Shown here: piece after piece, positions 22,845 to 35,826 of the stretch
Layout of the letters: each line of letters opens with the position of its first letter
Numbering within the stretch: position 1 is the stretch's first letter
Source: Octopus vulgaris
Taxonomy: Eukaryota
Length of the DNA stretch: 64,000 bases
Assembly (NCBI GenBank): GCA_951406725.2
Contig: OX597818.1
Coordinates: 38,316,001-38,380,000 of the forward strand
Reading direction: 5' to 3'
Translations under genes and position numbers: made by a program
The notes under the pieces: model-generated
Database searches by the model: none
What the model saw: only the letters and a program-made list of their open reading frames with translations
What the model was told of the DNA's origin: nothing

Positions 22845-24288
22845 GAACATCAATGGAATTTGTATCTTTGTGGTACCAGTGCCGGTGGCACACAAGAGAA
22901 AACCATCCGAAAGTGGCCGTAGCCAGTACCGCATCGACTGGCCTCCGTGCTGTGGGCACATGACAAACACCATCCGATCGTGGCCGTTCGCCAGCCTCAT
23001 CTAGCACCTGTGTCGGTGGCACATAAAAACACCATCCGAAGACCCGGCAAGACTAGTCAGGCCATAACCCATGGCCCCTACCTGGGACGTAGTCAGTCCA
23101 CCTGTGCATTCCTTCCTTCTTGTGACACTTGTGAAGACCTGTTGAGGCAAGTGAAAATCAAATCAAAATCAAAACAAATCAAAATAGATGAACATCAATG
23201 GAATCTGTATCTTTGTGGTACCAGTGCCGGTGGCACACAAGAGAACCATCCGAACGTGGCCGTAGCCAGTTCCGCATAGACCGGCCTCCGTGCTGTGGGC
23301 ACGTAACAAACACCATCCGATCATGGCCGTTCGCCAGCCTCATCTGGCACCTGTGTCGGTGGCACATAAAAACACCTTCCGAAGACCCGGCAAGACTAGT
23401 CAGTCCACCTGTGCATACCTTCCCTCTTGTGACACTTGTGAAGACCGGTTGAGGCAAGTGAAAATCAAATCAAATCAAATCAAAATAGACAAAATAGATG
23501 AACATCAATGGAATTTGTATCTTGTGGTACCAGTGCCTGTGGCACACAAGAAATCCATCAGTGCTGTAGTCAGTGCGGTGGGCACATGACAAACACCATC
23601 CGATCGTGGCCGTTCGCCAGCCTCATCTAGCACCTGTGTCGGTGGCACATAAAAACACCATCCGAAGACCCGGCAAGACTAGTCAGGCCATAACCCATGG
23701 CCCCTACCTGGGACGTAGTCAGTCCACCTGTGCATACCTTCCTTCTTGTGACACTTGTGAAGACCTGTTGAGGCAAGTGAAAATCAAAACAAATCAAAAT
23801 AGATGAACATCAATGGAATTTGTATCTTTGTGGTACCAGTGCCGGTGGCACGTGGCACACAAGAAAACCATCTGAACGTGGCCGTAGCCAGTACCGCATC
23901 GACTTGCCTCCGTGCTGTGGGCACGTAACAAGCACCTTCCGATCGTGGCCGTTTGCCAGCCTCATCTGGCACCTGTGTCGGTGGCACATAAAAACACCAT
24001 CCGAGCGTGGCCGTCTGCCAGCCTCGTCTGGTACCTGTGTCGGTGGCACATAAAAAACACCATCCGAGCGTGGCCATTTGCCAGCCTCGTCTGGCACCTG
24101 TGTCGGTGGCACATAAAATCACCCACTACACTCTTGGAGTGGTTGGCGTTAGGAAGGGCATCCAGCTGTAGAAACACTGCCAGATCTGACTGGACTGGTG
24201 CAGCTTTCGGGCTCCCCAGACCCCAGTTGAACCGTCCAACCCATGCTAGCATGGAAAGCGGACGTTAAATGATGATGATGATGATGAT
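22845..24288 (+). repeat. Tandem array of four 305-345 bp RTE 3' UTR segments ending in one RTE 3' terminus
   Basis: Units begin GAACATCAATGGAAT near 22845, 23190, 23500 and 23805. Single terminal core and (GAT)n tail. Confidence 0.85.
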
Positions 24289-24925
24289 GTTCTTTTCTCG
24301 TAGTGAAAGTAGTGGGAGCATGTGGTTTAGTGGTTGGGTATTTGGTTCACGATTGTAAGGTCGGGAGTTCGATAACTGGCAGCATGTTGTGCCCTTGAGC
24401 AAGATATTTTATTTCACGTTGCTCTTGTCAACTCAGCTGGCAAAAATGAGTTGCATCTGTATTTCAAAGGACCAGCTTTGTTACAATGTGTCACGCTGAA
24501 CTTCCCTGAGAACTACATGAAGGGTATGCATGTCTGGGGTGCTCAGCCACTTGAATATTAATTTCTCAAACAGGTTATTCCGTTGATCAGCTCAACTGGA
24601 ATCCTTGTCATCGTAATTGACAGAGTGCCAGTTCTTTAAGACTCAGAAACGAAATTTCTTAATTATCACACAAGTTATAACAATATCTTTTAAAAAGTAT
24701 TTCTCAACAATCACTCACAGATACACTGTATGAGGCAATAATCATTTAAGTATACAGTTTAACAGAACTATGTATGAAAAGGCAGATTAACAATTCCCTC
24801 CTACATTGATCCTCCAACCTATATGCACCTAGAACACTTATTGACATCTGACAACAATAAAATCAAACCTAGAAGCATTTAAATTCAGAATGGAGGGTAT
24901 TATATATATATATGCAGCACGAAGC

Positions 24926-24976
24926 TTTGTCAGTGAACAGGTCGCGGTCTCAAAGCGACAAAAATATTTTGACAAA
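24926..24976 (+). ncRNA. Putative degenerate minimal hammerhead with G3-C8 core, in an about 200-bp insert within (TA)n
   Basis: TTTGTCA GTGAACA G GTCGC GGTCTCAAA GCGAC AAAA A TA TTT TGACAAA. 7-bp stem I and 5-bp stem II; the G12 position is A in this copy. Confidence 0.5.
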
Positions 24977-25115
24977 TTAAATTTAAATGTTGAAGTGAAC
25001 CTAACGGTTTTGTATGTTTCTTAAATGGCTTATAAACACCTTCTATGCTGCAATTGTTTTTGTTCCAGCACAGGATCTCAGATCAAGTCACTCACTATGC
25101 AAGTACATCTCCGTA

Positions 25116-25147
<32 letters not shown>

Positions 25148-25863
25148 ATGTATGTAAATATGTATGTATATGCATATATATAAAATCCTTTGTCTGTTTG
25201 TTCCCAATGCATTCTCAAACAGGTCAACCAAATCAAATCAAATTTTACATGGTAATAGTATCAAACCCCGTAAGTGTCAACATGTAATTTTATTTTTATA
25301 TTTCAATTGAAACAATGGTATTACATGTCAAAAGTGAAAGAATAACATCTATATTGTAATGTGATATAATATTGTTTCACTTTTATTCTGTCACTTTAGT
25401 TCTAATGTGATAAACCTATAATATTGTTTCACTTTTAATTCTAATTATATCCTGTCAAATAATGTTATTCCACTTTTATTTTTTTTCACTTTTAATTCAT
25501 ATTATATCCTAATATCAACAACATTACACATCAGTAACTTTACAGCCATGATAGTGGAATGGTTTGTCAAGTGACCTGCTAAAAATGGCAGTCGTGTCTC
25601 CTTCAAATTATATCCTACTCTCCTAAAAATGAAAGAACGCAATGGATAATGAAGTCCAACACACCATGGAATTTAGACGGGACGGTCGCAGTAGGTACAC
25701 CTTTGATAATAGGCTTGCGCGATCAAGACGACAACTAAATAATATAGAGCCAATAGGGGAGTATCTACGTGTCGCTCGACCTGCTTGAAAAAGATGTCAA
25801 ATCAGCTTCAAATTACATCCTATTATCTACAAACAAAAATGGGGGATATACATTACCTGTCCC

Positions 25864-26039
25864 GGTACTAGTCGTGATTAGTCGATCCTTACTTCGTGTT
25901 TTTGTGTATTATTTACAAAAATGATTTATTTTGTGTTTTATTTACTTTGCTAGGTTGTCGTTATAGGATCGACTAGTCACGACCAGCTAGCTCGGATGCG
26001 CGAGTATACGCACCGGGACCACTCTTCTTAAATAGTACC
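25864..26039. mobile_element. Merlin-like MITE, internally deleted copy of the 60763-61030 family
   Basis: GGTAC...GTACC termini with an 8-bp TSD CCTGTCCC / CATGTCCC (1 mismatch). Confidence 0.7.
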
Positions 26040-26884
26040 CATGTCCCTTAAAAGACAGCATGGACAAGATAGGAACATGTTCGATCATGGGTTTCCTCCA
26101 CCAGGGTCGAACTGGGGCTAAACAACAACTAAAACTAAGAGGAACGTCACATCAACGAATCGAATCCGATCGCTTATCACTTCTGTTTTAAAATTGAACT
26201 TGAAAAGAACAAATTCCTTTTCTCGTGTAAATTTGGGACGTGTAATTTAAGAAATTGATATCACAGAATCACAAAGCAAATTACTCTCCTATACAAATTT
26301 AAATATATACAAACTAAAGCATCCCAGAAGTGAATAGAATTATAGAAGATATAGAGTTAGCTCACATGTCAAGTTTGGAGTAAATTACCAAGAGATTTAT
26401 AAAAGCAAAGGTTATTGTTATTGTTTAGCCCCTGATGACTCCTGACTGAGCTAACATACTGATCAAAGGCATTTCAGCTACGACTACCCGCCGTCCTTTT
26501 CTGAAAAATCTCATTATCAAAATGTATATTTCTTTACTACCCACAAGGGGCTAAAGACAGAGGGGACAAACAAGGACAGACGAAGGGATTAAGTCGATTA
26601 CATCGACCCCGGTGCGTAACTGGTACTTAATTTATCGACCCCGAAAGGATAAAAGGCAAAGTCGACCTCGGCGTGGTCTTAACATGTCACTTTCAAGACA
26701 AATGACAAAGAAACATCAGCCTTATAATAAATAACAGCGATGGTAGAAGACAACAGTGGACATGTAAGAACTTAAACGACCAAATAAAATTAGAGGTATC
26801 CTTACAAAGATCTCTTAATTCCAGTTTCAATTTTATTTTGCCTCTCAAAGACGATCCGTCTCTCACCAGAAGTTTACATGAAAA

Positions 26885-27022
26885 CAACTTTACCGGAAGT
26901 AGCTACCAATAATTTGCTACTACTTCCGATATTCGCGTAGTTTCTAATGAAGTGTCTTCAGTTTCAGCATTGGACCCCAATCCGTACATCTCTGTTCTAC
27001 TTATAAATTACTCAGTCTCAAG
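26885..27022. promoter_or_regulatory. Probable bidirectional promoter of HIKESHI (+) and INTS12 (-)
   Basis: Inverted ETS-type motifs CCGGAAGT (26893-26900) and ACTTCCG (26922-26928) about 100-130 bp upstream of the HIKESHI ATG. Locally CpG-retaining. Minus-strand donor-like CG|GTAAAG at 26894/26893. Confidence 0.5.
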
Positions 27023-27052
27023 ATGTTTGGTGTGATTGTTGCTGGACGATTT
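27023..27052 (+). CDS. HIKESHI: HIKESHI (OPI10 family, Hsp70 nuclear import carrier) exon 1
   Basis: ATG...MFGVIVAGRF followed by a gtgagt donor. Matches the Hikeshi N-terminus MFG-.VAGR. Confidence 0.92.
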
Positions 27053-30000
27053 GTGAGTCTGATTATACTTGGTTAATTTTTTTTTTACTTTTCATGAAAA
27101 CTACTGTAATGTTTTATGTTCATAATTTCCTTTATTTATCATTATTATTATTATTATTACTGCGGTATTAGTTGCACGTTTCTAATTGTTGATTATGTCC
27201 CGTTTGGCGGAGTTGAAAAAAAATAATGAAACTGAAATTGCACACACACACTATCTCTCTCTCTCTCTACCGAGTGCAATATCAAATTATCAGTAAAATT
27301 AAAGATATAGATTCGAACAACGTTATCGGAGCCAATTACATAACTTATTTACAAATTTGTTTAAAGTTATCACTATGTCTAATAACTACCGGAATAGTTT
27401 TACTTCAATTAATATTAATTAATAATAGTATTCGACTTTGCCTTTCATCCATCCATACGGGAGTTGATAAAATAAGTACCAGTTGAGCACAGGGGTCGAT
27501 GTAATCGACTTACTCCCTCCCCCTTATTTTGCTAGCCTTGTGGCAAAACTTGACTCCAATAGCAATTGATGGTGATGAAAGCAGCAACGGTAGAGTACCG
27601 GACAAAATAAGTTGTGTTATTTACTTACATGCCTTTGCATTCTGAGTTCAAATTCCACTGGTCGACTTTGTCATTCCTTATTCACTGGAGTCGATTTCGT
27701 CGACAGTACCCTTCTCACAAAAGTTTGAAAGTGATGTGCTTAACTATAAGATCACCAAATGTTGGCTTCTCCCTATGTCAGAATAATAATTATTTTAATT
27801 CGTGAAAATCTAAATTAGTTTCATAACATTTTGCTATATTCTTAACTGCTTTTGATCTAATAATACTCCACTCCCTTCGGTTTGGAAAAAAAAGTAAAAA
27901 ATAAAAAAACACCCTCTCTGATATTTGTGATGCTGTTCATGGGGTGCTGTATTTATTTTGCCTAATTACATTATCAGGTTTGTGAAAACAAACGAGCTTG
28001 TGAGCTTTTTGAGAAAGCTTATTCAGGATTTCACAATCTGCACAAAAGGCTGAATAATTTAAGATATTTCGTTTCCTCGGAACTTAAATTTTGAGAATTA
28101 AGTTTCTTAGTAGTAAACCAAGAGTTACATAATCTATTTTTGGTAAAACTAAATTGCCTGTCAGTAAAGATATTTCACATTTTATCTACTTAATTGGTAT
28201 GTTTATTATTGACACACATTTTGTTTTGTAGGTTGTTTTCCTTTCTTTGTAAATTTTGTTTTTTAGCTATAATTTTTTTTAAAAAGTTTTCCCCAAAATA
28301 CTTTGCCTATCTGTGTCAACAAGTACAATTAACAGCCAAAGAACCATCCGGCTTCAAAATAAAAATAAATTTCACATTAGATAAACGTATCCGCCTCTCC
28401 AAAAAGGGATAACCATGGCTGCAACTGCTCGATCAGTATCGAATAAAACGAAAAAAATTCTCACTCTATTTATGCTAAACCATTTCAAACTATTCTTGAG
28501 CTTCTCTCTTTTAACCACCGCTTTGGCCCAAAATTAAGTTTAACATTCTTTTGACATCTACAGTTCTCTTCGTGATCACTCCTTAGAACAACCAATCAAA
28601 GAATCTCTCGGGAATTTAATAGAAAATTACTCTAAAGAAATTAATGATGAATTTATTTATTTTGTTTCACTTCCTTGTCAGTCTCCGCTCAAAAGTTTAC
28701 GTATAAATGTAAACTGCTTACCATGCAATTTTACTGTTTTAATCGAACTAGAGGGAACTTTTCTGTACAGTCGTTTGATCTCGAAGAAATAACCTCCAAG
28801 TCACGAACTATCGTCTTTAAAAAATGAATAACACCGGATAATGTAGTCCTAGCTATACAAAGCTAAAGATGAGATGGTCACGCCTTCAGTCCGCTCCAGT
28901 AGGTTTGAACCTGGAGCTACTCAACAACTATTGACATATTCGACTCCCATACATACAATTTAATGTTACATTTTATAACTTAACTGTACTCAGTATACTT
29001 CAAATGAAGCAGTTCAAAGAACAATCCAGTCGTGACCATCTCGTCTTTTGTTTTTCGGATTCATCATACCAAGAATCATATTCAAAGTGTCTGTTTTTTT
29101 ATTTAGACCTAGACAATAGTGTGTGATCGGAAGGAGGGTTATTTGGCTTCTCTTTTTAGCAGGTCTTGCTATCACGTAGAAGCTCTCCTCTAATTCCAAC
29201 TTCATAGTAACCAATTAAGACAGAATTAGTATCGTGAGTGTATAAAACATATTTAACTCTCAAATCCTTCTGCTTATTAAATCTATCGGTTGTTAAGTCG
29301 CTTCGGTCACCTTAGATTAGCTTCAAATCGGTGTGAATACTCGGGTAGCAATCACGGTAATAACCACATGTAGTCAAAATAAACGTAAATAAATCTCACT
29401 TCGTCCGTGCGACAAGTACAGTGGCTATTGTGGGATCGTTTCGGTTTGAACGGCAGTTTGTAAACCGAAAATATTCCCTATTGTGAATACATTACAAATT
29501 ATTTAAACAATTACAAGCACACCAAATTGTGTGTATACGCACGTCACACACTCACAAGCATGTACACACATTGATAAGTATGTTTTCCCTCTGATACATC
29601 ATATTGTTTACACTCAAGTGAACTGCATATATTCCAGAAAATTGCCTCAATTCCAATATGTACTGTATTTCTTAAATATATGTATGCAGATTTGTTTGCG
29701 TACACGGAGAGAGTATTCAAAAACACACTTTACCGTGGCAAATCTGTTTTGCGAGCTTTCTATTATTAAGATGCACTTTTTCTTTTTGAATTGTGAAAAC
29801 GGACAGACAGGACAAAGTTGTCACAGCTTCATGTATGGGTGAACTATGCGACAAAACTAGTCAACGTGCCACTACCCAACAATGATTCTATGATGAATAG
29901 GTTCTGGGAAATAGTTCAACTATCAAGTTGATCCGTTCTGTGCCTGGCTTCTATCTCTTCCCCAACCGTCACTGTGAAACTAAAACTAGCTAGTCATTAT

Positions 30001-30709
30001 GAAGTTGCAGAAATTCAACAATTTGTCTCTGAGCTGAGCATCAAAGTAACAGATATTAAAGCTAAAATTAATGCAGAATTACACAATGAGAGAATCATAT
30101 TAGAATGTTTTGCTTGCAAACCTACCTGCAGCTATTGTCCAATCCACAAGCAATGCTAAAGCCACTGAATCTGCTATGCATGGTATAATTGCTTTTGGTG
30201 TATCTGAAGAAATATTTGATCTATGGATATTTGCGACAACTCGTCCAAGAATTTGACAGTGTTCCTCTGCAAAAATTTTGTCCCTCTCCACCTTCATCGC
30301 CAGTACCCAGACAAGTCAAACTGACCTTTTCAAGTTCTATCAAGGCATGTTCATACTGATTAACCTCCGATAAGGCTAAGTGTGAAAATCAAATTGCTTA
30401 TCAAAGTCACCCTGGTTTATCACCCAATATACACCCAAAGCTTCTTATTGTAGCTTCCTTGAATCATGATTCAGCACCGCATGTGAGTGTTAGCTTACTC
30501 AATAATAGGTAGATATTAGTCTGGGGATACTAGCTAGTTTGAAGATATCAAACCAAAACTAGGCAGCAATGAAAAAGATCCAGAACAATATGTTATCCCA
30601 CTAAGAGTGATGATAAGCTTAAATCCAGATAAAAATTATTGCTTTTGAAGAAGATCCACCTTTTTGACTTCTATGTTAAGAGTAATGACCTTGATGATTT
30701 TATTACAGA

Positions 30710-31103
30710 CTAGCAGTATCGCCTGGTGTTGCTCAGGTTTGTTTTGACTCTTTAGAATTGGAATTTTTGAAAAGTAAAAATTTTGCATTATGTAGCTTGT
30801 TATTCTCTTTAAGTGAACATTTTCCTGGTTGAAATACACTGAAAAATGGTGATACAGCAGTCAAAAAATCGTAAAAAATAGGGATTTTCATAGAAAAAAA
30901 AGCACTTTTTTTATGCAAATAATTTTTGGTGTTAACATGGTCCAATTTGAATTTTTTTCTTCTACAGAAAGAAGAGCAAGCCTTCGTCTATCATACTCTC
31001 AATTTTGGTCAACTTGCGCCGCAGGGTCTCAGAGAAGAGATAGTGTTGGTTGAAGGCTACCAAACCTGTCATACACAGATAACTTCAGCTTTATATATAT
31101 AGA
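30710..31103 (-). mobile_element. Non-autonomous Helitron-like element
   Basis: On minus it starts TCTATATATATAAAG and ends in a sub-terminal GC hairpin (CCTGAGCAACACCAGG) plus CTAG, inserted between A and T. Sister copy at 34797-35235. Confidence 0.65.
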
Positions 31104-31922
31104 TATAGAAGCCTGAGCATGTTCTTTTCTCTGCATTGATGTTTTTAGCATGGCTGGCTACACCTTGTTTTACAAAGACTGCTTTAATTGCTGTGGGGTG
31201 GGTATGATTGGTCTATGTTCACTTGAGCTTTTTAGCAAATCTTTGTAATGATTTCAACTAGTTGCAACAAGAAATATTTTTCTATGACAACTATATAAGC
31301 ACTTATAATTCACCCCCAAACTACTGTTATGACACAGCTTTTTGACATCCTCAAAACTGCATCAGTAAAAACAGCTACTTATGTTTTCATTGCTGGTAAT
31401 TTCAACTACCCAGAGATTAATCGAGAAACTTTTCACTGGCCCCAAAATGTAAATAATTTCCTTGATTTAGTGCTGGATTCAAGCTGGTCTCAAGTAATCA
31501 AATCCCCCATAAGAGGTAACAACACTTTGGATCTTCTATTTGTTTATCACTGCTCCTGAAAGTGTTATCAACATCCCTGCTGAAGAACATTTAGATATCT
31601 CCAGTCACGCTATGTCCATTGGCAATCTGTGTCTTATTGGCTGAAAGGAAAGCTGCCACCATCACAAACTGCTCACTTCAACTGGAATTCTTACTGTTCT
31701 GTGTTAAAGCACCAAAATTGACTTGAACTTACAATTGCAAAGATGTTGATACTTTCCTCTAGTACATTTTTAATTCAATCTGGGCTGCATGTGAAGTATC
31801 AGTGCTATTTCAGCTTGTTAGAAACCCAGAAAATGCAATTTAGGGAACTGCAACAATCTGCCTTTCCAAGAGAGAACAGCAAGATATTGACTGTGAATTA
31901 CATAGAACAGAGAATAACAGAA

Positions 31923-32324
31923 GGCGCAGGAGTGGCTGTGTGGTAAGTTGCTTGTTTACCAACCACATGGTTCCGGGTTCAATCCCACTGCGTGGCACCT
32001 CGGTTAAGTGTCTTCTACTTTAGCCTCGGGCCGACCAAAGCCTTGTGAGTGGATTTGGTAGACGGAAACTGAAAGAAGCCCATCGTATATATGTATATGT
32101 ATGTGTGCATGTATGTTTGTGTGTCTGTGTTTGTCCCATCCAACATCGCTTGACAACCGATGCTGGTGTGTTTATGTCCCCGTCACTTAGCGGTTCGGCA
32201 AAAGAGACCGATAGAATAAGTACTAGGCTTACAAAGAATAAGTCCCGGGGTCGAGTTACTTAATTAAAGGCGGTGCTCCAGCATGGCCGCAGTCAAATGA
32301 CAGACAAGTAAAAGAGAAAAGAGA
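31923..32324 (+). mobile_element. tRNA-derived SINE, family B
   Basis: Full-length copy highly similar to 16280-16670. Confidence 0.85.
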
Positions 32325-34157
32325 AAGGCACAATAGCCATATCAAACAGGTAACTAAAAAGACAGTACTTAAAGTTGAAGAGTGCTTAGCAACAAAACTG
32401 GAAAACAAAATGTTCTGGAAATATATGCAATCAAAACAAAGACCTCATTCCAATCAGTTGGCTCCTTCCACAATCCCTACACAGATTACTTATAACCTCA
32501 AAGAGTATGCTGAGCTTATTGCCAAATGCTAACATTTTTTACTTTTGAAAATCCAAACATACCATCTTGACACTACTAACACCAAATTCCATAAAATCTG
32601 TTAAATTTACTCCTGCAATGTCGTGATGCCATTTCAAATATTGACACAATTCTCTACAATCCATGTTCTGGAAGGAGTTATTTTTCTACTTTCCAAATGC
32701 AGTGACCTTCTTCTGTTGCACCAGCTTTTATTCCTCTTCCAGTTCTGCTTTAATAATTGTGTTACCTAGAACAGGGGAAAATTTCAAGTATTATCCTCCT
32801 GATCAAAACTGGTAAATGTATACCACCTGTCAATTATCAACCAGTCAATCTCATTAGCTGTACCACCAAATTGATGGAGTTCTGCCAGAGAGACATTCTG
32901 GAACTCTCATAATCTTGTTCTTGAATGTTTTGTTTCTCAGGGCAATAACATGTTAATGCTTTGATATATGCCCAGGAGATTATCCACCCTATTTCCAACA
33001 ACTTTGACTGCCTTTTTGAATTCATTATCTCTGTCACCCATGGACGTTCTTATAAAATCAAAAAACAGTACAGCACCTGTGACATTCAGAAACATTTTTC
33101 TTCATGCTCAGAATTGTCAAAGCATTGGTTAAAATACCCACATTGGTTGATTAGCTGTCAGGACACTATCCTTTGAAAATCTGTGCTTCCCAAAACTCGC
33201 TTACACTATTCCTGACATGCCTATACACCTTTATATATATGAGAAGACCTGGCAGGACAAGTGAGACCATAACCCGTGGCCTCTACCTGGGATGTAGCCA
33301 GTCCACTTATGCATACCTTTCCTTCTTGGGACACAAAACTCTACTTGTGAAGACCTGTTGAGGCAAGTGAAAATCAAAATCAAAATCGATCAACATCAAT
33401 GGAAATTGTAGCTGTGATACCAGTGCCAGTGGCACATAAGAGAACCATCCGAACGTGGCCATTGCCAGCGCTGCCCTGACTGGCCTCCATGCCGGTGGCA
33501 TGTAAAAAGCACCATCCGACCGTGGCCATGGCCAGCCTCGCCTGGCACCTGTGCCTGTGGCATGTAAAAAGCACTCACTACACTCATGGAGTGGTTGGCG
33601 TTAGGAAGGGCATCCAGCCGTAGAAACGTTGCCAGATCAGACTGGGCCTGGTGCAGCCTTCTGGCTTCTCAGACCCCAGTTGAACCATCCAACCCATGCT
33701 ATCATGGAAAGCGAACGCTAAACGATGATGATATATATATAAAGAACTTTTTGTAAAAGTTCCTACCGATAATGGTTATATTTCCATACCGAAAACTACT
33801 AGGTAATAATTATTAATTTTAAAATTAATAATTATTTACCCTTATATTATTAATATATATATATATATGACACTTCTTTCAGTTTCCGTCTACTAAACCC
33901 ACTCACAAAGCTTTAGTCAGCCTGGGGCTATAATAGAAGACACTTGTTCAAGGTGTTATGCAGTGGGACTGAATCCACACCATGTAGCTGGCTGTGCATA
34001 TAGTAATTATGAAAATAGATTTAATTATAATGCTGTTCTTTGGTGGGAGTGGGGGGGGGGAGCAGGATCTGATTTTATCATTTCAGCTGAAAAAATAATA
34101 TTAAACTGCATATACTTTGGTCAGCTTCTAATTCTGATTCCGGAATTCTAATTCTAG

Positions 34158-34287
34158 GTCCAAACAAACTGTGAACAGGTAACCGAAAACCAGTTTCTGT
34201 TTAATATTTTGGAGTCCGAAAACATCAACCACATAGTAGTTTTCCTTACAGGACAAATTCCTTTCCCTGATGGTTATGGTGGAGCTG
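34158..34287 (+). CDS. HIKESHI: HIKESHI exon 2
   Basis: ttctag acceptor and gtaag donor, 130 nt. Encodes VQTNCEQVTENQFLFNILESENINHIVVFLTGQIPFPDGYGGA. Confidence 0.95.
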
Positions 34288-34796
34288 GTAAGATTGTGCA
34301 TTTATTTGTGATTTTTGTGATTAAATGATTTTGATGGTTAAAATTTTTACATTAAATTAAAAACATTAGTTAAAGTCTTTCAAATATTGATCTTTGCTTT
34401 AGTAAAATCTCATTGACAATTTTATTGATTTTTGCCAAAAATAAATCTCCATTGCCTTATTTATTACAAATTTGCTTGAAGTATATAGTTTTATTTATAT
34501 AGTTATATAAATAAATATATATAAAGCCCTATATATTTATTTGTATAGTTATTATGTTTATAATATTCAACCATGTGGAAGATTAATCTACTATTTTAGA
34601 TATGCCACAGTTGGTGTCAGTATCAAAATAAAAGTCAAAAATTCACAGCCAATGACATGATAGACCAATTACTACTGCTAAAGCTCTCTGTCTCTAATAC
34701 TATTTTGGTTTGTAATATCAGCTTCAGAGTGATTAATATCTTTTATACAGCTTAAGATTATAGTAATCAGTGGTTTACTTACATTATATCAATGTA

Positions 34797-35235
34797 CTAG
34801 CAGTATAGCCTGGCGTTGCTCAGGTTTGTTTTTTAGTTGCGCTTAAAATGGCAGACTTTGATGTCACATTAACAAAGTTTTGACATAGTTTCAATCTTTT
34901 TTGAAAAGTAAAAATTTTGCATTATGTAGCTTGTTATTCTCTTTAAGTGAACATTTTTCTGGTTGAAATAACCAAACAATGGTGACACAGCAGTAAAAAA
35001 ATCGTAAAAAATAGGGATTTTCTTAGAAAAAAAAAGCACGTTTTTGATGTAAATAATTTTTGGTCTTAACATGGTCCGATTTGAATTTTTTCTTCTACGG
35101 AATGAAGAGCAAGCCTTCTTCAATCATACTTTCAATTTTGGTCAACTTGCACCACAGGGTCTCGGAGGAAATAGTGTTAGTTGAAGGCTACCAAACCTGC
35201 CACACACACACACACAGACAACATCAGCTTTATAT
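34797..35235 (-). mobile_element. Non-autonomous Helitron-like element
   Basis: Homologous to 30710-31103, with the CTAG terminus and hairpin. Confidence 0.6.
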
Positions 35236-35826
35236 GTATTGTATCAATACATTGATACAATACAATCTTGACACAAATGCACAGCAAAAATTACAAACAG
35301 TATAAGAAGATTTAGAGAAGACTTTCATACTTTAAATAAATTTCCTATTTACAATATGTTGTCGATTATAATAATATATGATCTTCATTTGAATAAGATT
35401 AAAACAGCTTTTCTTTGTTAATCCCCACAAAAGTTTACTCTTGAGTGACAGACATAGTTATTTTTAACTGGTTCTGATATAGAAACAAAATTCCAGTAAA
35501 AAAGATTTCAGGAGAATTTCAATTTCGTGTTTACAGTTTCAAAAAAATCATTCAAAAATTATCTTAATTAATTTATGTAGAAATCAAAACAGCAAAGTTA
35601 TCAGTTAGTTCAGTATCTGAAAGAGTATTTAAACACACACACACATACTTCCCTCACCCCTCTCTCCCCTTTCACTCTCAAGTGGTTTGTGTTAAGAGGG
35701 CATCCAGCCATAGAAAGCATGTCAAAGCAGGCAGTAGAGCTTGGTGCAGTCTTGTGGCTCTCCAGCTCATGTCAAACTGTCCATTTGGTGCCAGCACGGA
35801 AAAACAGATGTTAAATAATGATAATT

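Larger units (their letters stand above)
29880..33240 (+). mobile_element. Heavily decayed CR1/L2-group LINE with nested Helitron-like and SINE insertions
   Basis: APE-like FIAGNFNYPEI...IKSPIRGNNTLDLLF, RT-proximal NYQPVNLISCTTKLME and a C-terminal HGRSYKIKKQ..DIQKHF segment, with many stops. Boundaries approximate. Confidence 0.65.

Noticed and set aside
22845-24125. Regularly spaced 25-30 bp repeats resembling a CRISPR array
   Set aside because: Eukaryotic context, the spacers are themselves homologous, there are no cas genes, and the units are part of the RTE 3' UTR.
33762-33803. Hammerhead-like CCTA CCGATAA T GGT..ACC GAAAACTAC TAGG in a TA-flanked segment
   Set aside because: Two core mismatches, weak stems and no valid stem III or cleavage triplet. 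Cannot be supported from this copy.
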